From the sequence record DRR723986_1364: DNA of 52,536 nt. One strand, 5' to 3'. This document shows, in pieces, positions 21,441-31,579 of this stretch. Positions within the stretch are counted from its first letter, which is position 1. Each line of letters opens with the position of its first letter. Below the pieces are notes generated by a model. The model saw only the letters and a list, made by a program, of their open reading frames with translations. It was not told the origin of the DNA and searched no databases. The translations under genes and the position numbers were made by a program.

Positions 21441-21927
21441 TAAGAAAAGTTTTATAATTGGAAGCGTTATAGCTACAATAATTGGCTTTACACCTTTCTT
21501 TTTTAATTTATACTTAAGTGTTCCAGAAACAAAAATCTGGGACACTTTTCTGTTTACATACGACAGTAAATACTATGAAAATGCTCAAATTGTAGCTTGG
21601 ACATTAATGAATAAAATTGTCCCACTATTATTATTATTTGTTTGGTTTTTCACAAGTCGTCATTGGTGGTATCATGTGTTACTAGTTCCTATTGGCATGT
21701 ATGTGTATCAAATTATTATAACACTCAATAGTGATTTATATTTTGTTGATGGAGATGAAATTATATATCTATTGCCAATTATGGTTCTAGTAATTCCGTC
21801 AATCTATTTAATTAGAGCAAGAGTTTTTAATAAGATTAATGACGCTGATAAAACCTTAGAAGAACTCGAAGAAGAATTCATGATGAAACCTAAAACCCTT
21901 TGGGGAAAAGTTAGTCAGTATTTTTAG
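21382..21927 (+). CDS. Hypothetical multi-pass membrane protein (about 4 TM)
   Basis: Hydrophobic segments, WFFTSRHWWYHVLLVPI motif and acidic C-tail; overlaps the micropeptide by 59 nt in the +1 frame. Confidence 0.8.
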   Translation: MDKLQQKSTDLKLRHQEKVDKKSFIIGSVIATIIGFTPFFFNLYLSVPETKIWDTFLFTYDSKYYENAQIVAWTLMNKIVPLLLLFVWFFTSRHWWYHVLLVPIGMYVYQIIITLNSDLYFVDGDEIIYLLPIMVLVIPSIYLIRARVFNKINDADKTLEELEEEFMMKPKTLWGKVSQYF

Positions 21928-22042
21928 ATTGAGCTTTTATATCATTTAAGATTTTATTCGTAAATTGAAGTTAGATTCTTAGATAAAGAAATTTATAAAG
22001 GTTTCCTTATCTTGCATTCACTATTTCAATTATCTAACTTTA

Positions 22043-23242
22043 ATGAGTAAATCTTTATCTCCTTTTACCAAAGCCCAATTATTACCACAAGAAGAGACAT
22101 TAGAAATTCTAAAACAAAAAGGCGAACTTTTTATAGGAATTCCTAAAGAAACTCATTTTCAGGAAAAACGTGTTTGTTTAACTCCAGATGCTGTTTCTGC
22201 ATTAACAGCGAACGGACATCGTGTGTTATTAGAATCTGGTGCTGGTGAAGGAGCTAATTTTAAAGATAAAGATTATAGTGAAGCTGGTGCAGAAGTTACT
22301 AGAGACGCAGCCAAGGTTTACTCCTGCCCTATGATATTAAAGGTTGAACCACCTTCTCTGGACGAAATATCACTGATAAATCCGCAAACTATTTTGATAT
22401 CTGCATTGCAGATTAAGACTCAAAGCAAAGCATATTTTGAAGCTTTAGCAAAGAAACGTATTACTGCTTTAGCATTTGAATATATAAAGGATGAAGACGG
22501 AGCATATCCTGCCGTTAGATCTTTAAGTGAGATTGCAGGTACTTCTTCTATTTTAATTGCATCTGAGCTTTTATCTAATGTAAATGGTGGTAATGGATTA
22601 ATGATGGGCAATATCAATGGAGTACCTCCGACTGAAGTTTTAATTTTAGGAGCTGGTACTGTTGGTGAGTTTGCTGCAAGATCAGCTATTGGATTAGGAG
22701 CAAACGTAAAAGTTTTTGATAGCTCTATTACCAAACTTCGTTGTATTCAGAATAATTTAGGCAGAACGATATACACTTCAACAATGCAGCCCAAAAACTT
22801 ACTAAAGGCACTAAAACGATGCGATGTGGCTATTGGCGCTGTAAGAGGGACTGATAGGTCTCCAATTATAGTAACTGAAACGATGGTTGAGCATATGAAA
22901 AGCGGATCTGTTATTATTGATGTAAGTATAGACATGGGAGGTTGTTTTGAAACAAGTGAAGTAACTACACACGATCATCCTACATATGAAAAAAATGGTG
23001 TTATACATTATTGTGTGCCTAATATTCCTGCGCGTTATTCTAGAACTGCCTCTGTATCAATAAGCAATATCTTTACACCTTACTTATTAGAAATTGGAGA
23101 AAATGGTGGTATAGAAAATGCGCTTCGATTTGATAGAGGATTAAAAAATGGGTTGTATTTTTACCACGGCATTCTTACAAACAAATCTGTTGCCGAATGG
23201 TTTAATTTAGATTACAGCGATGCCAACTTGTTAATATTTTAA
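22043..23242 (+). CDS. ald: Alanine dehydrogenase family protein
   Basis: IGIPKE..EKRVCLTP, ESGAG, ILGAGTVG, DVSIDMGGCFETS and YCVPNIP motifs. Confidence 0.88.
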   Translation: MSKSLSPFTKAQLLPQEETLEILKQKGELFIGIPKETHFQEKRVCLTPDAVSALTANGHRVLLESGAGEGANFKDKDYSEAGAEVTRDAAKVYSCPMILKVEPPSLDEISLINPQTILISALQIKTQSKAYFEALAKKRITALAFEYIKDEDGAYPAVRSLSEIAGTSSILIASELLSNVNGGNGLMMGNINGVPPTEVLILGAGTVGEFAARSAIGLGANVKVFDSSITKLRCIQNNLGRTIYTSTMQPKNLLKALKRCDVAIGAVRGTDRSPIIVTETMVEHMKSGSVIIDVSIDMGGCFETSEVTTHDHPTYEKNGVIHYCVPNIPARYSRTASVSISNIFTPYLLEIGENGGIENALRFDRGLKNGLYFYHGILTNKSVAEWFNLDYSDANLLIF

Positions 23243-23270
23243 TAAATACCTACTCTAGCAGTAAACACAT

Positions 23271-23648
23271 ATGAAATTTGTACAACGATTAGGCTACTAC
23301 CTTGGTGGATTTGCCATTGGATTAGTGATATTAATGTTCTTCCTGAACGGAAAGGATGCCTCTTGTGACTACAGTCCTAATGCACGAACAGTAAAAAACA
23401 TAAGCTCAAAACCGATTAAATATTCTTCAAATACTGCTGCCTTTGTTTTTCAGCATAAATTTGATTCTATTACAGTTGTTAATCTGATAAAATACGGTAA
23501 CGTAGATTTCTCTAAAAGTGATACCAAATTAGATTCCTGCAAAATTTATCATATTGATAATAGCTATAAAGAACGAGATTTAACCCTTACCGTTAAAAAC
23601 TGTGATTCTATTGCAACAGTTACTAATATTGAGTATATAACTAATTAA
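23271..23648 (+). CDS. Small membrane-anchored protein (DUF4258-like)
   Basis: RLGYYLGGFAIGL TM start; C.Y.PNAR and GNVDFSKS motifs recalled from a conserved Flavobacteriaceae family. Confidence 0.6.
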   Translation: MKFVQRLGYYLGGFAIGLVILMFFLNGKDASCDYSPNARTVKNISSKPIKYSSNTAAFVFQHKFDSITVVNLIKYGNVDFSKSDTKLDSCKIYHIDNSYKERDLTLTVKNCDSIATVTNIEYITN

Positions 23649-26600
23649 TTGACAATTAGCTTTTTAGTAACATCTCTTCCACTATCTACTAATTTTACAA
23701 AATAGATGCCTGAGTTCAGTGATTTTACATCTATTTGAGTTGTAGCGGATAAGTTAATATTATCATTAGAAATTTGAGTTTGATAAATTAATTTTCCTGT
23801 AAAGTCGTAAAGATAGATATCTGAAACAATTAAGGTACCAGATAATTTTACATTGATGTAATCAGTTGCTGGATTCGGATAAACATCGAATGAAAAGTCT
23901 AAAGGTTGTTCCGATTCTATAGGCTCCTGGTCACAATCTAAATCTACTTCTACTCTTACAAAAGCTTCGTCAAAATCTACTGCATTAAACACAGTTACCG
24001 AATAATCTGTGGTTTGATTAGGAGAAACTTCAATAGTTTGAGTTGTTTCACCAGTACTCCACAAATACTCATCTCCTCCACTTGCAGTTAGTGTTGTTAC
24101 TTCGTCTAAACAAATAAACTTATCTTCACCTGCATCCGCAACAACAGGTTGAAATACATTTACTGCAATTTCTTTTTCATCATAACAATCGTTAATATAT
24201 CCTTTTACTGAATACGTCGTAGATTGAGATGGACTTACAGCAATATTTGATTGTGTAGCGCCATTATTCCATTCATAAGAGTTAGCACCAGTTGCAGATA
24301 AAGTAATAAAATCACCATCTAAGATATCTACACTATCTCCATTTACAATTACAACATTTGGATTTGGATCCACGTAAACAGTAACCTCATCTGTATCTTC
24401 TTGTATACCAGATGTGACTGTTACTGAGTACGTCGTTGTAAACAATGGACTAACATTTATACTTTGAGTTGTTTCGCCTGTACTCCAAAAATAGCTATCA
24501 CCTTGATTAGCTGATAATGTAACTTGGTAGTCATAATTATCACAAACACGCTCATCTGCACCTGCCGAAGCTTGAAACTGCTCAATTACCGTTATCGTAA
24601 CTTCTGCAGAAGCAGAACAGGTATTTGCTGTACCAATAACAGAAAATGTCGTTGTTTCATCTGGACTCACTAAAATTGAAGCTGTAGTAGCTCCATTACT
24701 CCATACATATGATACTGCGCCACTTGCTGTTAACTCAATACTATCACCTTCAACAATTTCTGTATTATTAGTTACTATTACATTCGGTGTTTCATTTACA
24801 GTTACAGTGACACTATCTGTGTCAGAATTTCCAAAGTCATCTGTAACTGTTACTGAGTAAGTTGTGGTTTCAGTTGGACTAACAATAATGGTCGATTCTG
24901 TAGCACCAGTATTCCATGTATAACCTGAACCTCCAGATGCGTTAAGTGTAACAGATTCGCCATTACAAATTGAAACGTCTTCACCTGCATTAGCATTTAA
25001 TTCTCCAACAACAAAAACAGTCACAGCCGCTGCTGCTTGACAGCCATTATCAGTTCCAGAAACCGTATAAGTAGAAGTTTCTGTTGGTGAAACCGTAATT
25101 GAATTTGTACTCTCTCCAGTACTCCACAAAAAACTGCTTGCGCCTTGCACTGTTAAAGTCACAGATTCACCTTCCATAATTGTTGTATCCTCTGTGATGG
25201 TTAGTTCAGGAGTTTCATTCACAAATACAGTTACTTCATCGCTAGCCGTATTTCCAAAACCGTCATCGATAGTCACCGTATATGTTGTAGTTACATTAGG
25301 ACTAACTGAAATAATAGATGTAGTTTCTCCTGTACTCCATAGAAAGCTATCAGAACCGCTCGCACTTAAAAAAACTGTTTCTCCTTTACAAATTGTTTGA
25401 TCTTCTCCAGCGCTCGCGATGAGCGCTGTTTCAAAAAAACTTATCGAAAAGGAATTTATAGCCACTACATCTCCAGACGCGTCATCATCGCTGTAATACG
25501 TAACTGTGAAATTATAAGTTCCTGTAGATACTTGGTAAGGTAAAAAGTCATTACCAAAACTATCTGCCAATGCTGTATAAAAGGCTGTGTTGTCAATTCT
25601 ACTTCCATTTTCATTAGACGCTCCTTCTTTTGTCCAATCCACTCTTACGCTTTCAACATCTAAACTAGTATCGCCATTTTTTGGGATTGATCTTATATTC
25701 AATTGATTTCCAATAACGGCTAAATCAAAGCTATCTCCGTCTGTTAAATTGCTCACTAAAGCATCAGAATCTGCATTATACAACTCATATGTTCCAAAGA
25801 GTTGATTGTTGACAGTTACATTAACATCTGCTGAAAGATTATTATTGTTTGTTGTAAACGTAACAACTGTATTTCCTTCAGTTAAAGCGCTAATAACACC
25901 TGTACCATCAACATTAGCAAGTCCTGGTGAATTACTAGTCCATTGTCCTGTTGTATTTGTGGCATTAGATGGTAAAACTGTGGCAACTACTTGAGCAAAC
26001 TCACCAATATTAAGTTCTAAATTAGAAGGACTCACTGTTACACCAGTAACATTTATAATTTCATTTGATTCTTCTGCAGCATCGACAGAGTTAATATAGA
26101 GCTCAAAATACGTGTATCCATCAGCATTCGCAATATCAGAATGAATAGCTCCGTCTGGCATATTGGCATTAGCCCAAGCTTCTGGTATACCGTCTCCATT
26201 GGCATCATCATTTCTCACTGCTATTGGAGTGGTACTAAATGTTTCCCAAAAATCTCTGATATATTGTGTGTGCTCATCATAAAAGTTACCTTGATTATAG
26301 TAAACCTTAATATCATTTTTAACGTTATTTATAGCAATTAAATCTACGGCATCAATATCTTCAATTACATTACCATTTTCATCTAATCTCGCATTTGCAC
26401 CAACTTCGTCAGGTAATTGTTCTTTAATTTCTGCAGATGTTCTAATTGTAAATTCTTGTCCTAATAAAGGGAACATCGTATCTGCTTGTAGATCATTTGG
26501 AAGTGGATCTTCTGCAAGTTGACCTTGATAACCAGAAATTGCTGGTGCATCGAATCTCCAATGCCAAAAATCCCAATTATCAGCATTTGGATCTGTTATA

Positions 26601-27583
26601 GTCTGTTCAAGAATATTACCCGCTGTATAGATTGAAGGTGGTGTATTTACAGTTCCTTCACTACCATTATTCCATCTATATAACATTCCTTTTCTACCTA
26701 AGGCATAAGAAGGACCGTCTGCAGGATTATCTAGCTCACCGTATATAGAAGCATAATAATTATTAATATGATTCATTTGAATTTCTCCTTGAACTTCGCA
26801 AAGTCTTGCAACATAATTCCAAGAAATATTATTGATATTGTCATGTCTTCCACTTACTGAAGCATTAGGAAATCTATGTGATGTATTGTAAAACACATTT
26901 CTATTAAAACTTACAGTAGATGCATGAGATATATTATCACTACTTCCTACTATGTTACCAGTTTTACACATAACATATAGGTTGTTTTGAATTGTAAAGT
27001 TGTCATTTAAATTAGTAGTATCTAATCCTTCATCAGAACCTGCTGCGAAAGAGCAATGATCAACAATAAAATTAGTCGCACTGTTTAGAATTAAATTATC
27101 ATGATTTAATGACACAAATTCTTGTCTAAATCTCATATAGCGCCAAATAACATTATCTAAATTATTAATTAGAATTTTTGGACTTGTAATCCATTGTCCA
27201 TCTGCTGTACCAGTACCACCAATCGTAATTCCACCTTCTGGCGCTGTTTGTCCAGCTATGGTAACATTAACAAGATTATTAATACTCAATAAACCATCAA
27301 GAATTATTGTTCCACTTACGTCAAAAACAATATTACCACCTCCATTGGCTTCACAATCTAATAGGGCTTGCCTAAAAGTTCCTGGGCCAGAATCTAGAAG
27401 GTTTGTAACTTTATAAATTGGATAACCTCTACCGCCAGACACATAAGCACCTGCACCAGTAGCAGTTGGAAATGCTAATTGAGCATGAAGCGGATTGTTA
27501 GTAAGAATGGTTAAAAAAAGGGTCAATAATATGCAGCTTGTTACACTACAAATGTAATTTGTTACAGGGTTTGGGGCTTTCAT
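23645..27583 (-). CDS. T9SS-secreted pectate-lyase-like (beta-helix) protein with Big_2 domain, seven Ig-like repeats and type A CTD
   Basis: Signal ending LHAQ; AFPTATGAG..SGGRG..VTNLLDSGPGTFRQA, VDHCSF and HRFP; repeats with W(S/N)(T/N)G..T..I.VSP..TT.Y; C-terminal VYPNPA..GIYFVK..KKLIVN. ATG 27583 preferred over TTG 27616. Confidence 0.85.
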   Translation of the reverse strand: MKAPNPVTNYICSVTSCILLTLFLTILTNNPLHAQLAFPTATGAGAYVSGGRGYPIYKVTNLLDSGPGTFRQALLDCEANGGGNIVFDVSGTIILDGLLSINNLVNVTIAGQTAPEGGITIGGTGTADGQWITSPKILINNLDNVIWRYMRFRQEFVSLNHDNLILNSATNFIVDHCSFAAGSDEGLDTTNLNDNFTIQNNLYVMCKTGNIVGSSDNISHASTVSFNRNVFYNTSHRFPNASVSGRHDNINNISWNYVARLCEVQGEIQMNHINNYYASIYGELDNPADGPSYALGRKGMLYRWNNGSEGTVNTPPSIYTAGNILEQTITDPNADNWDFWHWRFDAPAISGYQGQLAEDPLPNDLQADTMFPLLGQEFTIRTSAEIKEQLPDEVGANARLDENGNVIEDIDAVDLIAINNVKNDIKVYYNQGNFYDEHTQYIRDFWETFSTTPIAVRNDDANGDGIPEAWANANMPDGAIHSDIANADGYTYFELYINSVDAAEESNEIINVTGVTVSPSNLELNIGEFAQVVATVLPSNATNTTGQWTSNSPGLANVDGTGVISALTEGNTVVTFTTNNNNLSADVNVTVNNQLFGTYELYNADSDALVSNLTDGDSFDLAVIGNQLNIRSIPKNGDTSLDVESVRVDWTKEGASNENGSRIDNTAFYTALADSFGNDFLPYQVSTGTYNFTVTYYSDDDASGDVVAINSFSISFFETALIASAGEDQTICKGETVFLSASGSDSFLWSTGETTSIISVSPNVTTTYTVTIDDGFGNTASDEVTVFVNETPELTITEDTTIMEGESVTLTVQGASSFLWSTGESTNSITVSPTETSTYTVSGTDNGCQAAAAVTVFVVGELNANAGEDVSICNGESVTLNASGGSGYTWNTGATESTIIVSPTETTTYSVTVTDDFGNSDTDSVTVTVNETPNVIVTNNTEIVEGDSIELTASGAVSYVWSNGATTASILVSPDETTTFSVIGTANTCSASAEVTITVIEQFQASAGADERVCDNYDYQVTLSANQGDSYFWSTGETTQSINVSPLFTTTYSVTVTSGIQEDTDEVTVYVDPNPNVVIVNGDSVDILDGDFITLSATGANSYEWNNGATQSNIAVSPSQSTTYSVKGYINDCYDEKEIAVNVFQPVVADAGEDKFICLDEVTTLTASGGDEYLWSTGETTQTIEVSPNQTTDYSVTVFNAVDFDEAFVRVEVDLDCDQEPIESEQPLDFSFDVYPNPATDYINVKLSGTLIVSDIYLYDFTGKLIYQTQISNDNINLSATTQIDVKSLNSGIYFVKLVDSGRDVTKKLIVN

Positions 27584-27978
27584 AATTTCGCAATTTTTTC
27601 TTGCAACGGATGGCAATCTAAAAAATTATATTTCAAAAATAAGTCGAAATGCTATATTTTTCGATGAAATGTAAATTTTTGTAGGTTTTATCTTATTTTA
27701 AATGTTTTTAACGATGATTTTAGGTTATATACGGATGATTTAATGCCCTTGGATGCTTTTAAAAAAAGTTTAACAATCTGAAAAAAATACTACAATTAGC
27801 AACTAAATCCACCTAATTAATCAGTTACAAGAAATACTTATAGGAAATTACCTAAAAACCTTATAAATTACAGTTCTTTGTCGTTTAACCATTATCTATT
27901 AAATTTCATCCAATATTTAACATGATAGTATAATTTGTAGGGTATAAAAATTAAATTAGCCGACAGTTATTCAATAAA

Positions 27979-29085
27979 TTGCCTCATCTTATTTTGAAAA
28001 CTAAAAATATAGCCTTTGTATTACCAAGTCTAAGTTCAGGCGGTGCAGAACGTGTTACCGTAAATTTAGCCAATGGTCTGTGCCATATTTATAACGTACA
28101 TGTTATAACTCTAGCAAAAGGAGAATCTTTTTATCATTTAGACGAGCGTATTAAACTTATTACTTGTTCTGAAAGCTCAATAATTAGTAAAAACATTTGG
28201 TCAGCATTAAAGAATAACTACAGGCTCTACAACAGTCTTAAGAGAATACTTAATAAAAACTCTATTGATTTAGTCATAGGATTTACAATTACTGCAAATG
28301 TTTTGTCTGTGTTATCTGCGAAACGATTAAAGATTAAATCCATAATAAGTGAGAGATCAAATCCAAATATTTACGTTCCAAATACACTTTGGCGCAACCT
28401 AAGAAAGTTGACTTATAGATACGCTAACAGGCTAGTTGTTCAAACCAAACTAAATAAACTCAATTTTAATAATGTAATTAAAACAGAGCGCATCACAATT
28501 TTACCAAATCCTATTGCACAACATTTGGTTAATAAAAAGACATCAATTGAAGAAAGAGAAAATATAATACTAACCGTTGGAAGACTAGATGAAAACAAAG
28601 CTCAGCACATTTTAATTAAGGCGTTTGCCAAATTGAATGCAAATAATTGGAAATTAGTCCTTGTTGGTGATGGTGAAGAAAGAAAAAATCTTGAAGATTT
28701 AGTTTTTAATCTAAACTTAAAAGACAAAGTAATTTTTGAAGGCAAAAGAAAGAACATACACGATTATTATAACAACTCTAGCATTTTTAGTTTTACCTCG
28801 AGATCCGAAGGTTTTCCAAATGTATTAATTGAAGCTATGTATTTTGGACTTGCTTGTGTATCCACCGATTGCCCATATGGACCATCTGAGATTATCGCAG
28901 ATACTATTAACGGTTTTTTAATTGGTATTGATGATGTAGATGCTTTAACGGAAAAACTTCAAACATTAATTGATAATCAAAAACTTAGACATTACGTTGG
29001 TGAAAGTGCGCACCATTCAGCTTCTAAATATATACCAAAGCATGTCATAGCAAGCTGGAATGAATTAATTAAAGCTACAATTTAA
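27979..29085 (+). CDS. GT4 glycosyltransferase (PglH/AmsD-like)
   Basis: GGAERV, ISERSNP, VGRL and EGFPNVLIEAM motifs; start TTG 27979 or 27994. Confidence 0.9.
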   Translation: MPHLILKTKNIAFVLPSLSSGGAERVTVNLANGLCHIYNVHVITLAKGESFYHLDERIKLITCSESSIISKNIWSALKNNYRLYNSLKRILNKNSIDLVIGFTITANVLSVLSAKRLKIKSIISERSNPNIYVPNTLWRNLRKLTYRYANRLVVQTKLNKLNFNNVIKTERITILPNPIAQHLVNKKTSIEERENIILTVGRLDENKAQHILIKAFAKLNANNWKLVLVGDGEERKNLEDLVFNLNLKDKVIFEGKRKNIHDYYNNSSIFSFTSRSEGFPNVLIEAMYFGLACVSTDCPYGPSEIIADTINGFLIGIDDVDALTEKLQTLIDNQKLRHYVGESAHHSASKYIPKHVIASWNELIKATI

Positions 29086-29095
29086 ATATTACATC

Positions 29096-30451
29096 ATTAA
29101 ATTCTCAATAAAACATATCACCAATTCTGTCTTAAAGAATGCTACAATAAGAAATATTGCTATAGTTGGTATTTTAACTATTGTAGTTAAAGGTATTGGA
29201 TTTTTTAAGGAAATAGTTGTTGCTGAAAACTTTGGTTTATCAGAACTTTTAGACACCTTCTTTATTGCAGGTCTTATTCCTGGATTTATAAGTAGCGTTT
29301 TTATGGGAGCATTAAGAAGCATTTTTATTCCCAATTATGTAAAAGAGCGTAAAACCACTAATGAGATACACTCGTTTCAGAGTACTGTGTTTTTAATTAC
29401 GGCATTTATTACAATTTTCTTTGTAATAATAGCAGTGCTGTTTACAGATACTTATGTAAAAACATTTTTTGCAGGTCATACTGAGAGATATTATGAATTA
29501 ATAAACATTCAATTTTATTATTTAGCGCCATGTATTGTGCTTTGGGGCTTTACCTCTGTGTTAAATGGGTTATTAACTATTTATGACGATTTTAAATCAT
29601 CTTCAATTAGCGATGCATTTATACCATTAGGTATTTTAACATGTTTATTTTTCTTTAAAGATGAACTCGGAGAAACTGTATTAGCAATAGGAACATTGGC
29701 AGGTAGTATTGTTAGTTTCCTGTTTGCTCTATTTATTGTGCTGAATAAGAATATTATTAAAATTGGTAAACCCAATTTTAAATCGGTAAATATTATTGAA
29801 ATGTTAAAGCAGTTTCCGTCTAAAATAACTGCAGGTTTACTCATAGGCGTTAATCCAATTGTAGATCAATATTTTTCAGCACAACTTGTCATAGGATCGA
29901 TAGCTGCATTGAACTATGGTATAAAAGTACCTGCAATTATTATAACCGTATTTACCATTGCATTAGGTAATGTATTACTACCCTATTTTTCAAATTTTGC
30001 CGCAGAAGATAAAAAGTTATTATATGATAAACTCATACAAACTCTAAAGTATATTGTCGTTACGAGTATAATAATCGTGATAGTATTAGTATTAATTAGT
30101 ACTCCAGTAATTCGTATTCTTTTTGAAAGAGATTCTTTTACAGCATCTGATACAGTAATTGTTTCAAGAATTCAGCAGATGTATTTATTACAAATTCCAT
30201 TTTACATTTGTTCCATAGTAATGGTAAGATATTTAACAGCCATAAACAAGAACAATTTTATGGTTTTCACATCATTACTTAGCTTAATTCTTAACATTGT
30301 TTTTAACTACATCTTAATAGAAACTCTTGGAGTATATGGCTTGGCTCTAGCGACTTCTATAGTTTACCTTTTTAACTGTTTAACATTATATGTTTATATT
30401 CGGCAGATGAATAGAATTACAGTAATAAAAGATGATCAAAGTAGCATATAA
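29096..30451 (+). CDS. MurJ/MOP-family lipid-linked oligosaccharide flippase
   Basis: Frame open from 29069. A MurJ-type N-terminus (KGIGFFKEIVVAENFGLSELLDTFFIA..IP) lies upstream of the first ATG (29303); GLALATSI near the C-terminus. The ATT start at 29096 is an inference. Confidence 0.8.
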   Translation: MKFSIKHITNSVLKNATIRNIAIVGILTIVVKGIGFFKEIVVAENFGLSELLDTFFIAGLIPGFISSVFMGALRSIFIPNYVKERKTTNEIHSFQSTVFLITAFITIFFVIIAVLFTDTYVKTFFAGHTERYYELINIQFYYLAPCIVLWGFTSVLNGLLTIYDDFKSSSISDAFIPLGILTCLFFFKDELGETVLAIGTLAGSIVSFLFALFIVLNKNIIKIGKPNFKSVNIIEMLKQFPSKITAGLLIGVNPIVDQYFSAQLVIGSIAALNYGIKVPAIIITVFTIALGNVLLPYFSNFAAEDKKLLYDKLIQTLKYIVVTSIIIVIVLVLISTPVIRILFERDSFTASDTVIVSRIQQMYLLQIPFYICSIVMVRYLTAINKNNFMVFTSLLSLILNIVFNYILIETLGVYGLALATSIVYLFNCLTLYVYIRQMNRITVIKDDQSSI

Positions 30452-30457
30452 TTTATA

Positions 30458-31573
30458 ATGAAAGTACTGAGATACATAACGTTAATAATCATCCTTCTGA
30501 ACATACCAGGGTTTTTTCTCCTTGTATTTGGAGCTGGTATGGGTAGCCTATTTAGTTATGTAAGCTTTGTATTACTGTTAGCCTATTATGGGTTAGAGAA
30601 AAAGAATAATCCACCATGGATATTTTTAGTCTTTGCTATTTTGTTTTTCGTTTTATCAGGTATTAATTACTCACCTGATAGTTTCTTTTATTTCGATTTT
30701 ATAAAGTATCTCGTCTTAATAGTTTGTGGTAGTGAACTTGCTAGGCATACTAGCTTAACAGAGCTCTTTATTGTTCTTTTTATAGGTGCGCTTAGTATTT
30801 TTATAAATGCAGTGTTTTTTCCGAATAATTTTGGACGCTATAGTGGTTTATTCTTTAACCCAAATGCAGCAGGATTTATCTGTATAATGGCATGTGCATT
30901 AACATATTCGTTCAAGAACGAGACTGTTAGGCTAACTTTGCTCTTAATAGTCACTTTATGTGGTGTTTTAACATTTTCAAGAACCTTCTTCTTGTTATGG
31001 GTATTAATGAATATTATATCAATATTTCAAAATCCGAAAAATGGTAAGGCATTATTCTTAGGTTTAGCCATGCTTTTTATTTTTGTAGGCCTAAGTTCTG
31101 CTTTAAAACTAAACACAGAGCGACTTGAATTATTGACTGGTCTTTTAGACAATAAATTAGATACAGAGACTGCATCTAATGATAATAGAACAGAAACCTG
31201 GGAGATGTATTATGACGATATATTAGATGCTCCATTGATTGGAAAAGGTTATAAATACTTTAGTGGCCAGACTAATGAAATAAAATATACAATTGGTGTA
31301 CACAACACCTATTTAAGAATAATAGGTGAAGCTGGCATTATTCCATTTTTGTTATTTATTGGAATTTATGCCTACATATTTTTTAAATCATTAACCTTTT
31401 TTAAATCCAAAATATACCTGATGTTACTAACCATATGTATATCAGGATTACTGCTAACACTGCATAATTTCATAGAGCAAACCTATGTTATGCTTATTAC
31501 GCTTTGGGTATATAATAACCTTAAAAAAGATGAAGAAACTGAACCAAACCTACTAACACCTGCAAATATTTAA
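30458..31573 (+). CDS. Wzy/O-antigen-ligase family polymerase
   Basis: Many TM helices; RYSGLFFNPN, TFSRT, PLIGKG and HNTYLRIIGEAGI motifs. Confidence 0.82.
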   Translation: MKVLRYITLIIILLNIPGFFLLVFGAGMGSLFSYVSFVLLLAYYGLEKKNNPPWIFLVFAILFFVLSGINYSPDSFFYFDFIKYLVLIVCGSELARHTSLTELFIVLFIGALSIFINAVFFPNNFGRYSGLFFNPNAAGFICIMACALTYSFKNETVRLTLLLIVTLCGVLTFSRTFFLLWVLMNIISIFQNPKNGKALFLGLAMLFIFVGLSSALKLNTERLELLTGLLDNKLDTETASNDNRTETWEMYYDDILDAPLIGKGYKYFSGQTNEIKYTIGVHNTYLRIIGEAGIIPFLLFIGIYAYIFFKSLTFFKSKIYLMLLTICISGLLLTLHNFIEQTYVMLITLWVYNNLKKDEETEPNLLTPANI

Positions 31574-31579
31574 TAACTC

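Noticed and set aside
23940-25425. Periodic DNA similarity (about 210 bp) that could suggest a repeat array or CRISPR
   Set aside because: Explained by degenerate protein Ig-like repeats; no identical repeats with spacers and no cas genes.
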